Source: Eledone cirrhosa (Eukaryota). Taken from it: a stretch of DNA of 64,000 bases. Positions 51,671 to 64,000 of the stretch are shown one piece after another (positions within the stretch are counted from its first letter, which is position 1; every line of letters begins with the position of its first letter). The stretch spans positions 214,954,001-215,018,000 of the forward strand of contig OZ024742.1 in the NCBI GenBank assembly GCA_964016885.1, written 5' to 3'. Both the position numbers and the translations under genes were made by a program. A model generated the notes under the pieces. It saw nothing but the letters and a program-made list of their open reading frames with translations, made no database searches and was not told the origin of the DNA.

Positions 51671-52324
51671 ATATATTAATTTTTATTTTTGTTTACCTAT
51701 AATTATATTCTACTATAGATAAAATACAATATCTGTTTTAATTATTATAAACCTAATTAACATATACTATAGAAATTAATATATAATTTTTAATTTAGTT
51801 AACCTATAATTTATATTCTACTACCGATGTAATACTTTATTTGGTTTTTTTCCCTATTACTAAATTCAATTCCTAATATAGATACCATAACGTTAATAAT
51901 TTTAATTTAGTTATACTATAATTAATACTCTACTACTATTTAACTTCAAAATTCCGCTTCAAATATTATAAACCTAAGTAGTATACACCTTAGAAATCAA
52001 TATATTAACTATCTTTAATTTAGTTAACCTATAATTAATAGTCTACTTATATTAAAATGCATAATTTTGCCTTCTTTCTTACATTTCCTAATACTGAAAC
52101 TACTATGTAAACACATATTATGATCTAAATGCAGATTAATATTCTATGTTTCTTGAAACCTATATTTACTATAATCCCCTTTCCCCCCACCTTCCCCCCC
52201 TATTATTATTTATATTTGTAAGCGTGGATGTATGTATGTATATGTAGGTAGGTATGTATGTTTGGGTGTTTGTATGTGAGTATAAAAATACATATGTGCG
52301 CATGTAAATAAGGGTGTATGATTG

Positions 52325-52404
<80 letters not shown>

Positions 52405-52490
52405 TAGCTGCCAGCTCAACCTCTTCAAATGCAAGTCGGTGTTGTTACGGTATGTCGAATCTATTTATCTATAAAAACTGTTTATATTGT

Positions 52491-52551
52491 ATTTTGTCTG
52501 AGGAAGGCATAGCATATTGTTAATATATCCCCGAAATATATATAATGAAAT
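52491..52551 (+). ncRNA. Type I hammerhead, copy 1
   Basis: ATTTTGT-CTGAGGA-stem II-GAAA-TATATA-TA-ATGAAAT. Confidence 0.75.
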
Positions 52552-52756
52552 AAATATGGTTTTATAAATATAGTTTCCATTTATTTAATATTGTAAATAT
52601 ACTCCAAATATTTGTCGAGTGCTTTTATATCAGTTATAAATATTTACTAGTTGTAACCCAACAATTTTAAATATAACTTTCCATATATATATATATATAT
52701 ATTTGTAGTTGATGTGTGTATGTGTATATATATATATGTATGTATATGTATGTATA

Positions 52757-52811
<55 letters not shown>

Positions 52812-52921
52812 GTGTATGTATATATATATATATGTATGTGTGTGCATATTTGTCTGACTGGGCGTATTAATTTATTTATTTATTTTATTTTTTTATTTCT
52901 TTATTTTTATATATATGTATA

Positions 52922-52966
<45 letters not shown>

Positions 52967-53395
52967 GTGTGTGTGTATGTATATGTATGTATGTATGTAT
53001 GTGTATGTATATGTGTGTGTGTATGTGTGTATATATTTATATGTGTATATATATCTCTATTTATATATGTATATATGTGTATGTATATCCCTTTATTTAT
53101 GTATGTCTGAGTTGTGTGAGCGTGTGGTTGTGTTTGTATGTGTATACGCATACATGGATGTGTATGTATGTGTATATATGCGTATATGTATGTGTGTATG
53201 TGTGTGTGTATATATGTATGTCTATGTATGAGTATATATATGTATGTATGTATATATATGTGTGTGTATATATATATATATATATTTATTATATACGTGT
53301 GTGTATATATATATATATCTTTGTGTATATGTGTATGTGTACATGTGTGTGTATGCGTGTATATATATGTATATATATATATATATATGTATATG

Positions 53396-53442
<47 letters not shown>

Positions 53443-53643
53443 TGTGAATCTATGTATATATGTATGTGTGTATATATATATATATATATATGTGTGTATA
53501 TATGTATATGTCTATGTATTTATATGTATATATGTATGTGTCTCTATATGTATGCGCGTGTGTGTATGTGTATGTGTATATATATGGTGTGTGTATGTAT
53601 ATGTATGTGTATGTATGTGTTTATGTATATGTGTATGTATATG

Positions 53644-53735
<92 letters not shown>

Positions 53736-53820
53736 TAGCTGCCAGCTCAACCTCTTCAAATGCAAGTCGGTGTTGTTACGGTATGTCGAATCTATTTATC
53801 TATAAAACTGTTTATATTGT

Positions 53821-53884
53821 ATTTTGTCTGAGGAAGGCATAGCATATTGTTAATATGATATCCCCGAAATATATATAATGAAAT
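53821..53884 (+). ncRNA. Type I hammerhead, copy 2
   Basis: As copy 1; stem II includes CATATT/AATATG. Confidence 0.78.
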
Positions 53885-54091
53885 AAATATGGTTTTATAA
53901 ATATAGTTTCCATTTATTTAATATTGTAAATATACTCCAAATATTTGTCGAGTGCTTTTATATCAGTTATAAATATTTACTAGTTGTAACCCAACAATTT
54001 TAAATATAACTTTCCATATATATATATATATATATATTTGTAGTTGATGTGTGTATGTGTATATATATATATGTATGTATATGTATGTATA

Positions 54092-54146
<55 letters not shown>

Positions 54147-54258
54147 GTGTATATATATATATATGTATGTGTGTGCATATTTGTCTGACTGGGCGTATTA
54201 ATTTATTTATTTATTTTATTTTTTTATTTCTTTATTTTTATATATATGTATATATATG

Positions 54259-54291
<33 letters not shown>

Positions 54292-54724
54292 GTGTGTGTG
54301 TATGTATATGTATGTATGTATGTATGTGTATGTATATGTGTGTGTGTGTGTATGTGTGTATATATTTATATGTGTATATATATCTCTATTTATATATGTA
54401 TATATGTGTATGTATATCCCTTTATTTATGTATGTCTGAGTTGTGTGAGCGTGTGGTTGTGTTTGTATGTGTATACGCATACATGGATGTGTATGTATGT
54501 GTATATATGCGTATATGTATGTGTGTATGTGTGTGTGTATATATGTATGTCTATGTATGAGTATATATATGTATGTATGTATATATATGTGTGTGTATAT
54601 ATATATATATATATTTATTATATACGTGTGTGTATATATATATATATCTTTGTGTATATGTGTATGTGTACATGTGTGTGTATGCGTGTATATATATGTA
54701 TATATATATATATATATGTATATG

Positions 54725-54771
<47 letters not shown>

Positions 54772-54972
54772 TGTGAATGTATGTATATATGTATGTGTGT
54801 ATATATATATATATATATATGTGTGTATATATGTATATGTCTATGTATTTATATGTGTATATGTATGTGTCTCTATATGTATGCGCGTGTGTGTATGTGT
54901 ATGTGTATATATATGGTGTGTGTATGTATATGTATGTGTATGTATGTGTTTATGTATATGTGTATGTATATG

Positions 54973-55046
<74 letters not shown>

Positions 55047-55047
<1 letters not shown>

Positions 55048-55173
55048 GTTATTCCGGGTTGAATCGGAGGTAACCACAGTAAGTAAGGTACTCAATACAT
55101 AGCAGAGTATAAAAGTTTTAATATAGATGAGATTCTACAGGACTAGAACATGTTCTAGTCCTGTAGAATCTCA

Positions 55174-55180
<7 letters not shown>
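55047..55180 (-). mobile_element. 134-bp insertion in (TA)n ending in a perfect 60-bp palindrome
   Basis: Palindrome 55121-55180; absent from the paralogous TA runs at ~49015-49053 and ~53650-53737. Confidence 0.75.
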
Positions 55181-55234
<54 letters not shown>

Positions 55235-55258
55235 CGATGTATATTTTATATTTTACTT

Positions 55259-55306
<48 letters not shown>

Positions 55307-58029
55307 TTTCTTAATATCTTTCTTTTTTCTTTTTCTTTTTATTTCTAAATTTATACATACATTTATAAATAGGCAGTTTGCTGACACCAGTAAATACTGA
55401 CCTCTTCCCCACCCCATCTACTTTCTGTATCTGGATCTAAATATGTGTGGCAGTGTTTATGTGCGCGCATTAATGTCCATATGCTTATGATAATAGTATA
55501 TACACATATATGTGTGTGTGAGTGTGTGTGTGTATGTATGTTCGTGGTTGTGTGTATGTTTATGCGTTTATGCGCGTGTGTGTGTGAATGTATGTATATG
55601 TGTGAGTATATGAATGTGTATATATTTATTTTTATATTTATATGTTTATATGCGTATATGTATTTTATCTGTAGATTATAAACATACAGAGACATTAGCC
55701 CTGAATTTTTGTATTTACATACATCTTTTCGGCATGCGTATGCATGTGAACATATATTGTTATGCATATCTGTGAACGAAGTTACTTACGTATATACACA
55801 CACCTAACTGTATAAACTTTTTGTGTTTCCATTGGTCAATTTGAACTCTGTTCCCAAACAGACCTGTAATTTTGAATTGTTGTTATTATCAATAAATATA
55901 TTTCATTATTTCTGAAGACGACATATATATGAGTTGGTATGTATATTTAATTTTGATAGTTTGTATAATTTTGTATAATTTTGTACATAGATCTGTTAAA
56001 TATACATGCCAATTCTAACACATATATATCCCAGAAACGATCGTTAAATAATGAACTTTTTTTGTTTAATATAAGGAACTGTTTCATTGTTTTATACATT
56101 ATTTTTTTAATATTTTATCTTGACTCTGTATTCCGTTTATCTTTCACCGAAAGTAATTTTTCATTGCATCTCTTCTTTCCATGATATCCGGATTACATTG
56201 AGTTCTTCATACGGATTGGACACTACCGTAAACTCTTGGTAGATTTATCTACATATATATATATATATATATATTACAATTGAATTTAGATATCATTTTG
56301 TAAATTTATAATAAAACACCTTTTCATGGATATTGAAATTAATTGTGCATTATGACAGTTAGGATATAGAAATAATTAGACACTGATATAGGAATATCGA
56401 TTAATTTTAATACAAGAGTAATTAGTTATTGTCCCCGATGGAAGATCAGATAGGTGTTTTAAGATTCTCTATTAAAGTTAATTCTGATAGGCTATCACCC
56501 ATATTAGCATTAAGATTTTAATACCATGTACGAATGTGAGACGAATATATTAGTTTTCAGGTTTTAATCTTTACAACTGGATTTGCATCTTCGTGTTTCA
56601 ATCAATATCTTTCTCGTGTATTTCAATGTGTCACAGTCCATGTCTTTAAATCTGATATTTGACTTTAAATGTTAAATAATTCAAAATTCACCCCAGACCG
56701 TAGCCAATATATTTCCAAGCATTTCAACGAATAATTGTTTAATATGTATGCAACATATTCCCTCTACCATGATTAAGATACATGTTATCACACCTATGGA
56801 GAGCTAAATTTGCTCTCATCGTTATGCGTAGGAGAAGGTGTGACATACTTAGCACATCTCAATAAAACCCTATGAAGGTCATGATTTCGGGTAGACTCAT
56901 ATATGAGAGTAGTAAAAATATTACATAAGTTTTAAAAGTTAATATCCAGCTCTTACACCATACGTCAGTGTAGTTCAACTATCTACGATGTTTTAATCAC
57001 CACACGTGCATATATCATATAATTTATACCTTTTGCTTAAGAATTGCAACTTTTTATCGAGAAATGGAACATGCACAATTATTCATGGAAGTTTACTGTT
57101 GGATATAAATATTATTCAGTATTCATGGTATCTACTGAATACTGAAAAGTTAAGATAGTACTTACGCTGCATACAGATTGTTATAGATTCGGATTTTAAT
57201 GCAATAAATTTCAATGTACATAGGGTTTGCATCTCGGCTTTCAGTCTCTGGTGGAATGATTTGAATTAATTTACATTAAAAATGCCTTGAGGAGAGAATG
57301 TTTATAGGTTAGTCTCAGTTCTACACTATATAATACTCTAGACTAGTAATATATATATGACAAATTATTATCGAGCTATATTCAGTAAAATAGCTTTCGG
57401 GTGCATCATTTTGACGAGCTGGTTTCGGATTCCACATATACAGCAGCCACACAAAGTAGAGCATACTCACGTTTTGCCTCTCTCTATATATAACCTTTAT
57501 TCATATCACTATTTGCCCATGTAACACACACAGACACACACACGCCTCAACACGTAAAGCCCTTAGGAAACGAATGTCTGAAGAAAAAGTTAATCTTTAT
57601 TGATTTTCTACCAGCGAAAAATAATGGTAATACTGTATGATCGATTTAACTATATATCTCTCGTAATAATAATTAGTGGGTTCATCATCTTTAACATCAT
57701 AAACAGGACCAATTTATACAGTTAAACCCCGATACCTAATACCCTACAAGATATGCTTGTAGAATTATGACGCAGTTTTATTCAGATAGGAGGAAGTGAT
57801 TTCTAAACAGGTTCACAAGCACGATAAATCAACTTTGGTAAGAATGACTAGGCCAAAGTGATGACATCCGATGCCAAGTGTTTTTCATGCAATCATCATT
57901 GCAGAGCCTTGTTCTTTTTGTGGTTATATTTTAATCATTATAAAAAGGATAGTCCCAGATTTCAGTACCAATCTGTATTGCGGGGATGGTCTGGCAATCG
58001 TGCACCATGAATATTTAATGTAATATTTG

Positions 58030-58166
58030 ACTGGCATATTATTTGATCGGCCTCGGAAAGATGAAAGGAAAAGTTAACTTCGGCGATATTGTAAACGAGA
58101 TCGTAGAAGGATGTAACCCAATACGACAATGAATTTCATCCGACGCTCTCTAATATCTGCCAACCT
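58030..58166 (-). mobile_element. Old degenerate SINE
   Basis: GATGAAAGGAAAAGTTAACTTCGGCG resembles the reverse-complement core. Confidence 0.65.
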
Positions 58167-59932
58167 ACTGCCCTGACATCTTTTGGTACTACTACTACTA
58201 CTACTACTTATAACATTCTGACAATTATTATTGTTTCAAATCGATTATACGTTAACATTTAGTTAGCAATATTGTTATGATAATGAATTACGTAATTATC
58301 AAATTTCAGTTAAAGGTGTATGAGTAATCGAATTCATGATGTAATAGTTATCTATCAGCAGTATTATATTAAGAATTAACAATTAACTTCTACACAAAGT
58401 TATGTGTAATTAAAATTACTCATTAATGTGCGTAATTATGAATTTGATTCCATTGAAGTATAATTTGTGGAGTCATACCTGCAGTTGTTTCAGGCCACTT
58501 GATGTTAGAATATATAATGATGCTCATTTCAATAGTGAGTCGGATTTCAGGAACATAAGCCAATTGTGCCAATTGTAAACAGGAGGATCAATACTATGTC
58601 TTTAAAATAAGCATACATAGACATAGAGTCTATCCAGATACCAGGAGATATGGATAAAGCTATTGTTTATATTGGGCATAATTCCAAAATAATCATCTTA
58701 CAATAAATTGGACAATGGAAGGAGGTTCCTAAATAAGTGAATCTTTTTACGGCACACCAATATGAAAAACAAATCAAAGCAAAACAAAAAAATACATCAT
58801 CAGAAATTTGACGACAAAGCGAATATGTAGGTAAAAAGTTATTTTTATTGAAAACTTTATAAATGTCCTTTCATGGTTGTGTTTTACGCAGATTAGTTAC
58901 AGTGAAAATATAGTAGAGAATATGTATTATAAGGTAAATATACCGCAACGGGGATAATGAAAAGGCATTAACATTTTAGAAATGATTAAGACCGACGTTA
59001 TAACGGTAAACTAGATTGGTTCATAAGAGTAGCAAAGATCTGTCTTTGCGGGCAGTTTAATTGGGTGGATAGGCATATGTAATGCAGCTTGCTACGTTAT
59101 TTTTTCTTAAATTATATTTGACCGATTTATTTATGTCAGAGTAATACCAGCCTGAACCCTATGATCAATCCGGCTTATGAGAATGTTCATCTGCTGCCAA
59201 CCCACTCTGGTCATTTTACGTCCGCTTTTCCCTGCTTCCAAAGGTGGGACAGATCTGTAGAGATTCCTTGACATACATGAAGGCAAACATGTGTACTTCA
59301 CATCTGTATAAATTGTTTACTCCGCAGCTTTTCTCCTTTAATGAGCTCCAAACTTTAGTAACAGACGAGTTTGATAACTTGGCGTCAGAAACTATGCCAC
59401 GTGATAAAAGCACTCTCTCAGTGTAACCATATAGTTCACGGAATATCAACTTACTTTAGTGGGATAGAGGAAGGTATCTGATGATAGCATCGAAGAAATT
59501 CTGAGCCTGGACGGAAATAAACTCTCTGCTTCTTCTGCTAATGACAATAGTGTAGAAACTGAAGTGGTCTTTCTGGTCAACTGAAGAATGGTACGTGAAA
59601 ATGGCTAAATGGTGTGGTGAAATGATCCCACATTAAATATGTCGCTGCTAGCTTGCAACACAACTGTAATAATGTGTTACGTTTTGTACAGGGACAAGGC
59701 TCCAAATCATGTTATGTATGTTCTTTTCCATTTAGCAGATGATGTATTATTTACTATTTAATTTATTTTAGATCTGCTCTTAAACAAGTCCTTCTTGTAA
59801 TTTCTGAATTCATCAATTTATTCAATGCGAATCCCACCCTGTTATTTGTAGTTTTCCATGCTGGACTCTGCCACCACCAACATCGCCACCACCGCCGCCC
59901 CCACCATCAACACCACCACCACCACCACCACG

Positions 59933-59996
59933 TTTCTTCTTCTTCTTCTTCTTCTTCTTCTTCTTCTTCTTCTTCTTCTTCTTCTTCTTCTTCTTC
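59933..59996. repeat. (TTC)n microsatellite preceded by (CCA)n-like repeats
   Basis: Direct reading. Confidence 0.97.
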
Positions 59997-61359
59997 AAAT
60001 ATAATGACTGTGGTTGGTAGCTAATCAAATTTGTATTTTATGAGATTGTGGTGCTAATGTGGTTATGTCTCCCCCAGCACAGTGTATGGGTCTCCGTGTG
60101 ACTTCTAAATGGCAGGCCTGGGTGAATTCCAAATGAAAATATTTAAATTATATTAAGCTACATATATAAAACAGCTTATAAAATTAAGGTTGTCTATGTA
60201 TTCCGTTGCCACATCCCACACAACTATCTGACTCTAGCTAGCATTTCATGGATGTATCTCTGCTGAAAGCATTTGGATCATATATCTGGATTATGTAACA
60301 TTTTCCTTATACATCCAACCTCTCTCAGAAATCCTAAAAAGGACCAGAGAACTACACTTTATCCATGTAAATATGACATTTAAAAAGAAAGCAATTCTTA
60401 CATGCTGTCAACAGTAATGTACCTGACATAACAACATCTATGAATTGAAGTTTAAACAAGCAATCCCGTATGAGAAATATTTGAAATATATATCCAGACA
60501 TTTAGCCTTCAATATTTGACAGACACGGTCTGTTTGTGACAGAAAACAAGTGAATAAAGGATGATATTGTATCCCCACAGAACATTTTTGGTAGTCAATC
60601 GGCAGTGATGTTTAATATATGTTTAAACAGGAGAATTTTTATAGTTAAAACAAATGCCTAATAATGCCTAAAACAAACTAGATTCGCATGTAATAATAGT
60701 TTTGGTATGTAATTTATATGTTAAATAATATAACGAACACATTTTTTATAAACGTTTAACATTTATTTCATACAATATATTTCTCATCCCTGTAACATGT
60801 ATTAGGATACCAACATATTAGAATCGGTAGGCGGACGTACAAATGAGTGTATTGTAAATAAGTCTCTTGGCATTCTAAACTTAACTCCGATCCGTGTCTT
60901 CACTTTCGGGGCTGGAATATTTAATTTCCAGTAAATTATAGCGTTGTTTATTCACAATGCGCATATTCTAAAAACTAAATATCTTGGAATTCTCATTATG
61001 ATAATATGTATGTGTTGAAAGATAGTCTTAAGAGCTAGAACAAAGGTTGCATTTCACCATACCTGGGTCGAACCTATAGTATGTCTAGCAATTGCGTTTC
61101 TATTATTGAGGTATATTGCTATAAAATATCTACACCTTATATCATTTATAGTATTCCTTATTTTTAAAACAAATGTCTGCTGATTCAACACTTTTCAGGA
61201 ATGTTTTACGTGGAAGCTGTTTTAATTTAACCTTCAAGATAATTTAGTTCCTTCGGAGAAATATGACGTATTAATGTCAAATAAAATACGAAGAATGGAT
61301 TCAAATTTTCTTTTAATGTTGAAAAATCATGATACGTATAATAGATACGGTCAGGTCAT

Positions 61360-61705
61360 CAGGTCATGACGCATGATATATGGCGACTTCTTCAGCTGTT
61401 ATTCAATTAAAAGATTCAGTAATCATTTACCGGATGACAGCAAAACATAAACAGGTAATTGGTGAGGAGGTGATCCATCTGTCAGTGTCTCCGTATGCCA
61501 CACAATGAAGGTTATAACCGTGACCAAAGGGGGCGGTGTTGCTTGACAGCGACACATTCCAGTTAGTATTTAAACCACTCATAGTCAACTGTTTGATACA
61601 TTTCATACGGTCTGGGAGTGCCATGTAGTCTGCGATTGCCGAACACCTGCTTAGTGAAATGATGAATATTAAAGGGTATTAAAATTGTTTGTGTTAAGCG
61701 TTATG
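61360..61705. repeat. Unclassified ~350-bp repeat, copy 1
   Basis: Shares ordered blocks with 63543-63915. Confidence 0.75.
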
Positions 61706-61847
61706 AAAACTATAGAGTTTACAAATTGGGGAACCGGTGGTAAATAATTAAAATCATAATAATAATTGTTTCTACTTTAGGCACAAGGCCAGCAATAATA
61801 ATTATAATAATAATAATAACAGGCAAATGAATCAATAATAAGTTGAA

Positions 61848-62029
61848 ATAATTGTTCCTAGTTTTGGCACAAGGTCAGCAATTACCCAGTACATTACTGG
61901 TACTTTATTTTATCGACCCCGTAAGGATGAAAGGCAAAGTTGACCTCGGCGGGATTTGAACTCTGAATGGAAAGGGCCGTAACTCTATGCGTCAAAGCAT
62001 GACGTCCGACCCTCTACCGATACTGCCAA
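61848..62029 (-). mobile_element. Meta-type SINE (extra tail fragment at 61760-61794)
   Basis: Reverse complement of the 24693 family. Confidence 0.9.
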
Positions 62030-63542
62030 GAGTAATAACAAGTGAATGGTTATAATTATATTGTAGGTAATTAGTTAAAAAGTAAACAATTCATTAAAAA
62101 TATGGGATTGGTTATGTAACTTATTCGTGCATACATATATATATTATTTAAATTTAAGTATATGGTGAAAAATTCAGTGTTGGGCCTATTGTTCTCTTAG
62201 CCTCGAGATCACCGGCCAAAAGAAAAATATTTCGTCTGAGAGGGTCAATTCAGTATATGAAAAATAGGGGAAATGTTCTCGATCATTCTGTTCAATCTAT
62301 TTCAAGCCCTTCACATTGAGAATCAAATCACGGCATCCAAATAGGTAACTCGGAAAACAGCTAGTTGGTCGGTGCATAATGTAACTACACCAGATAAAAA
62401 CTTAAATGCATTCATATTGTTGCCTCCTACTAATGAAAATAACAGTATGAACGCCATCTATTCTAGCCATAAGAAAAGATCACAATAGTGCATACTAAAA
62501 GATATATGAAATATAAATGTGAATAATAGACTGAGTAATCATAATTATCATAAGTAATAAATCCATATAACTAGCTGAAATTAATTAATTAAAGAAGTAG
62601 TTAATGGATTTGTGTAATATCAAAAATTACTAATTACATATGATAGATAATATATGATGAAAAATATAACACAAAATGTAAATTGAATATCATAATTCGT
62701 ACTACTTTATACCTAAAGAATATATCATATTACAGATTAATTATAAAGATAAAGGTAAATAAATTACGCTGAGTGGATAAATGTAATAATAATTAATAAA
62801 AGTGAGTAATTAGTTGAAAACATAAGTAATTACTTAGAGAAGTAAGTATTGGAATGGAATCTCTATAGGGACGGTAACGACAAAAATTCCAAAAATGCGA
62901 ATGATATATAATATAAAATAAAAGTAAATATAAAGTACTTTGCAATATAAAATATAAAGTATCTGCAATAATTATATGATACATAAAGTATAAATAGAAA
63001 AACAAGTTGTAAAAAGTTCATATGATATCGTGTTGATTTGCAAAAACAATGAATGCTGTGCCCGGTTCGGTCGACCATGTGGTGTGGAGTCTGTTCCAGC
63101 CTGTCATCTCAGCCTATGGTGAAGGCTTATTTGATCATATTCGTCGGCATCAATCCAACAAAAGTTATTCGAAGGTTGTAGGTTAATTTTAATTTCCATT
63201 TATTTACTTTTTAATCTCCACCGCTTCAATTCAAGAGCGGGGTGTGTGTGTTAGATTACCACTGTACGTTACCCACAGAGAATCTCTGTGAGGGTAACTA
63301 TGCAGAATTAGTGTAGAGGGTGAGCGCCTCGATTCCTAATTACATCATAAAGCGCTCAACTGTAACAGGAGCTATTAGTTCTTAAAAGCACAACTTTATG
63401 CCTATCATCTATCCTAGAAAGCTGTATCTCGATCTTGTTGCAACAACTGAATTAATACAAATACGTCAGTGAAAAAAGAGAGCCGGATTCCAGATATTAT
63501 TTTAATGCTGCAAAATCATTATACATGTTTCAATGAAACACA

Positions 63543-63915
63543 AGGTCATGTCACGATTTCATGGGGTAAGAATATATGGCGACATCTTCAGCTGTTATTC
63601 ACATAAAGAGATTAATTGATCACACATACGGTAAAATATAAAAAATTGAATTAGAGGCGATCCATCGGTCAGATAAGCTCCGTGTGCCACACAATCGACA
63701 GTGCTATGTTTTGAGGGTGTGCCTGTGTGATTAAAGGGAAAGGGTTTGCTTGACAGTGACATATTCCAGTCAATTAGAGTCAATTGTTTGATGAATTTTA
63801 CAAGGTCTGGGAGCGCCGTATAATCTGCGAATACCGTGGTATCCCTTGGTTGAAAACCAGCGTAGCGTGGTTATCAGTTAATGTTTATCAAAATTAGTGG
63901 TGTGAGGCGTTATAA
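63543..63915. repeat. Unclassified ~350-bp repeat, copy 2
   Basis: ATATATGGCGAC.TCTTCAGCTGTTATTCA, GATCCATC.GTCAG, TGCCACACAAT, TTGCTTGACAG.GACA.ATTCCAGT, GGTCTGGGAG.GCC shared with copy 1. Confidence 0.75.
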
Positions 63916-63924
63916 CCCCCCCCC

Positions 63925-63977
<53 letters not shown>

Positions 63978-64000
63978 CATATATTTATATATTTATATTC

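Larger units (their letters stand above)
52407..55046 (+). repeat. Two tandem ~1.33-kb units, each a pLTR head plus a microsatellite-rich tail
   Basis: GCTGCCAGCTCAACCTC starts at 52407 and 53738; internal landmarks are repeated. Confidence 0.93.

Noticed and set aside
58480-58600. Minus-strand exon with CAG|GTATGA donor
   Set aside because: All three frames contain stops from the nearest acceptor.

Overview
AT-rich, microsatellite-saturated metazoan DNA. The SINE type and repeat landscape suggest an octopus-like cephalopod (inference). No host gene can be identified with confidence; there are only two weak exon candidates. Nearly all interpretable sequence is mobile DNA: a full-length decayed CsRn1-type Gypsy LTR element (751-6553, TSD GGTG, tRNA-Trp PBS), three Naiad-type Penelope-like elements (PLEs; RT + GIY-YIG), an internally deleted mariner, an RTE-type LINE with a twin-priming inversion, three R4/Dong fragments, a near full-length L1/Tx1 LINE plus a 5' fragment of a relative, and about 9 tRNA-derived Meta-domain SINEs. 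The most notable layer sits inside the (TA)n tracts: about 10 type I hammerhead-ribozyme motifs, several with non-canonical cores or expanded stem II, from many unrelated pseudo-LTR families. Many copies carry fold-back inverted arms whose end points recur at the same nucleotide in independent insertions. A shared TYGARYNCY motif lies 35-60 nt from their 3' ends. One young PLE has two hammerheads about 1.33 kb apart and a 1.5 kb inverted arm. All calls are by eye; no searches or folding were run.
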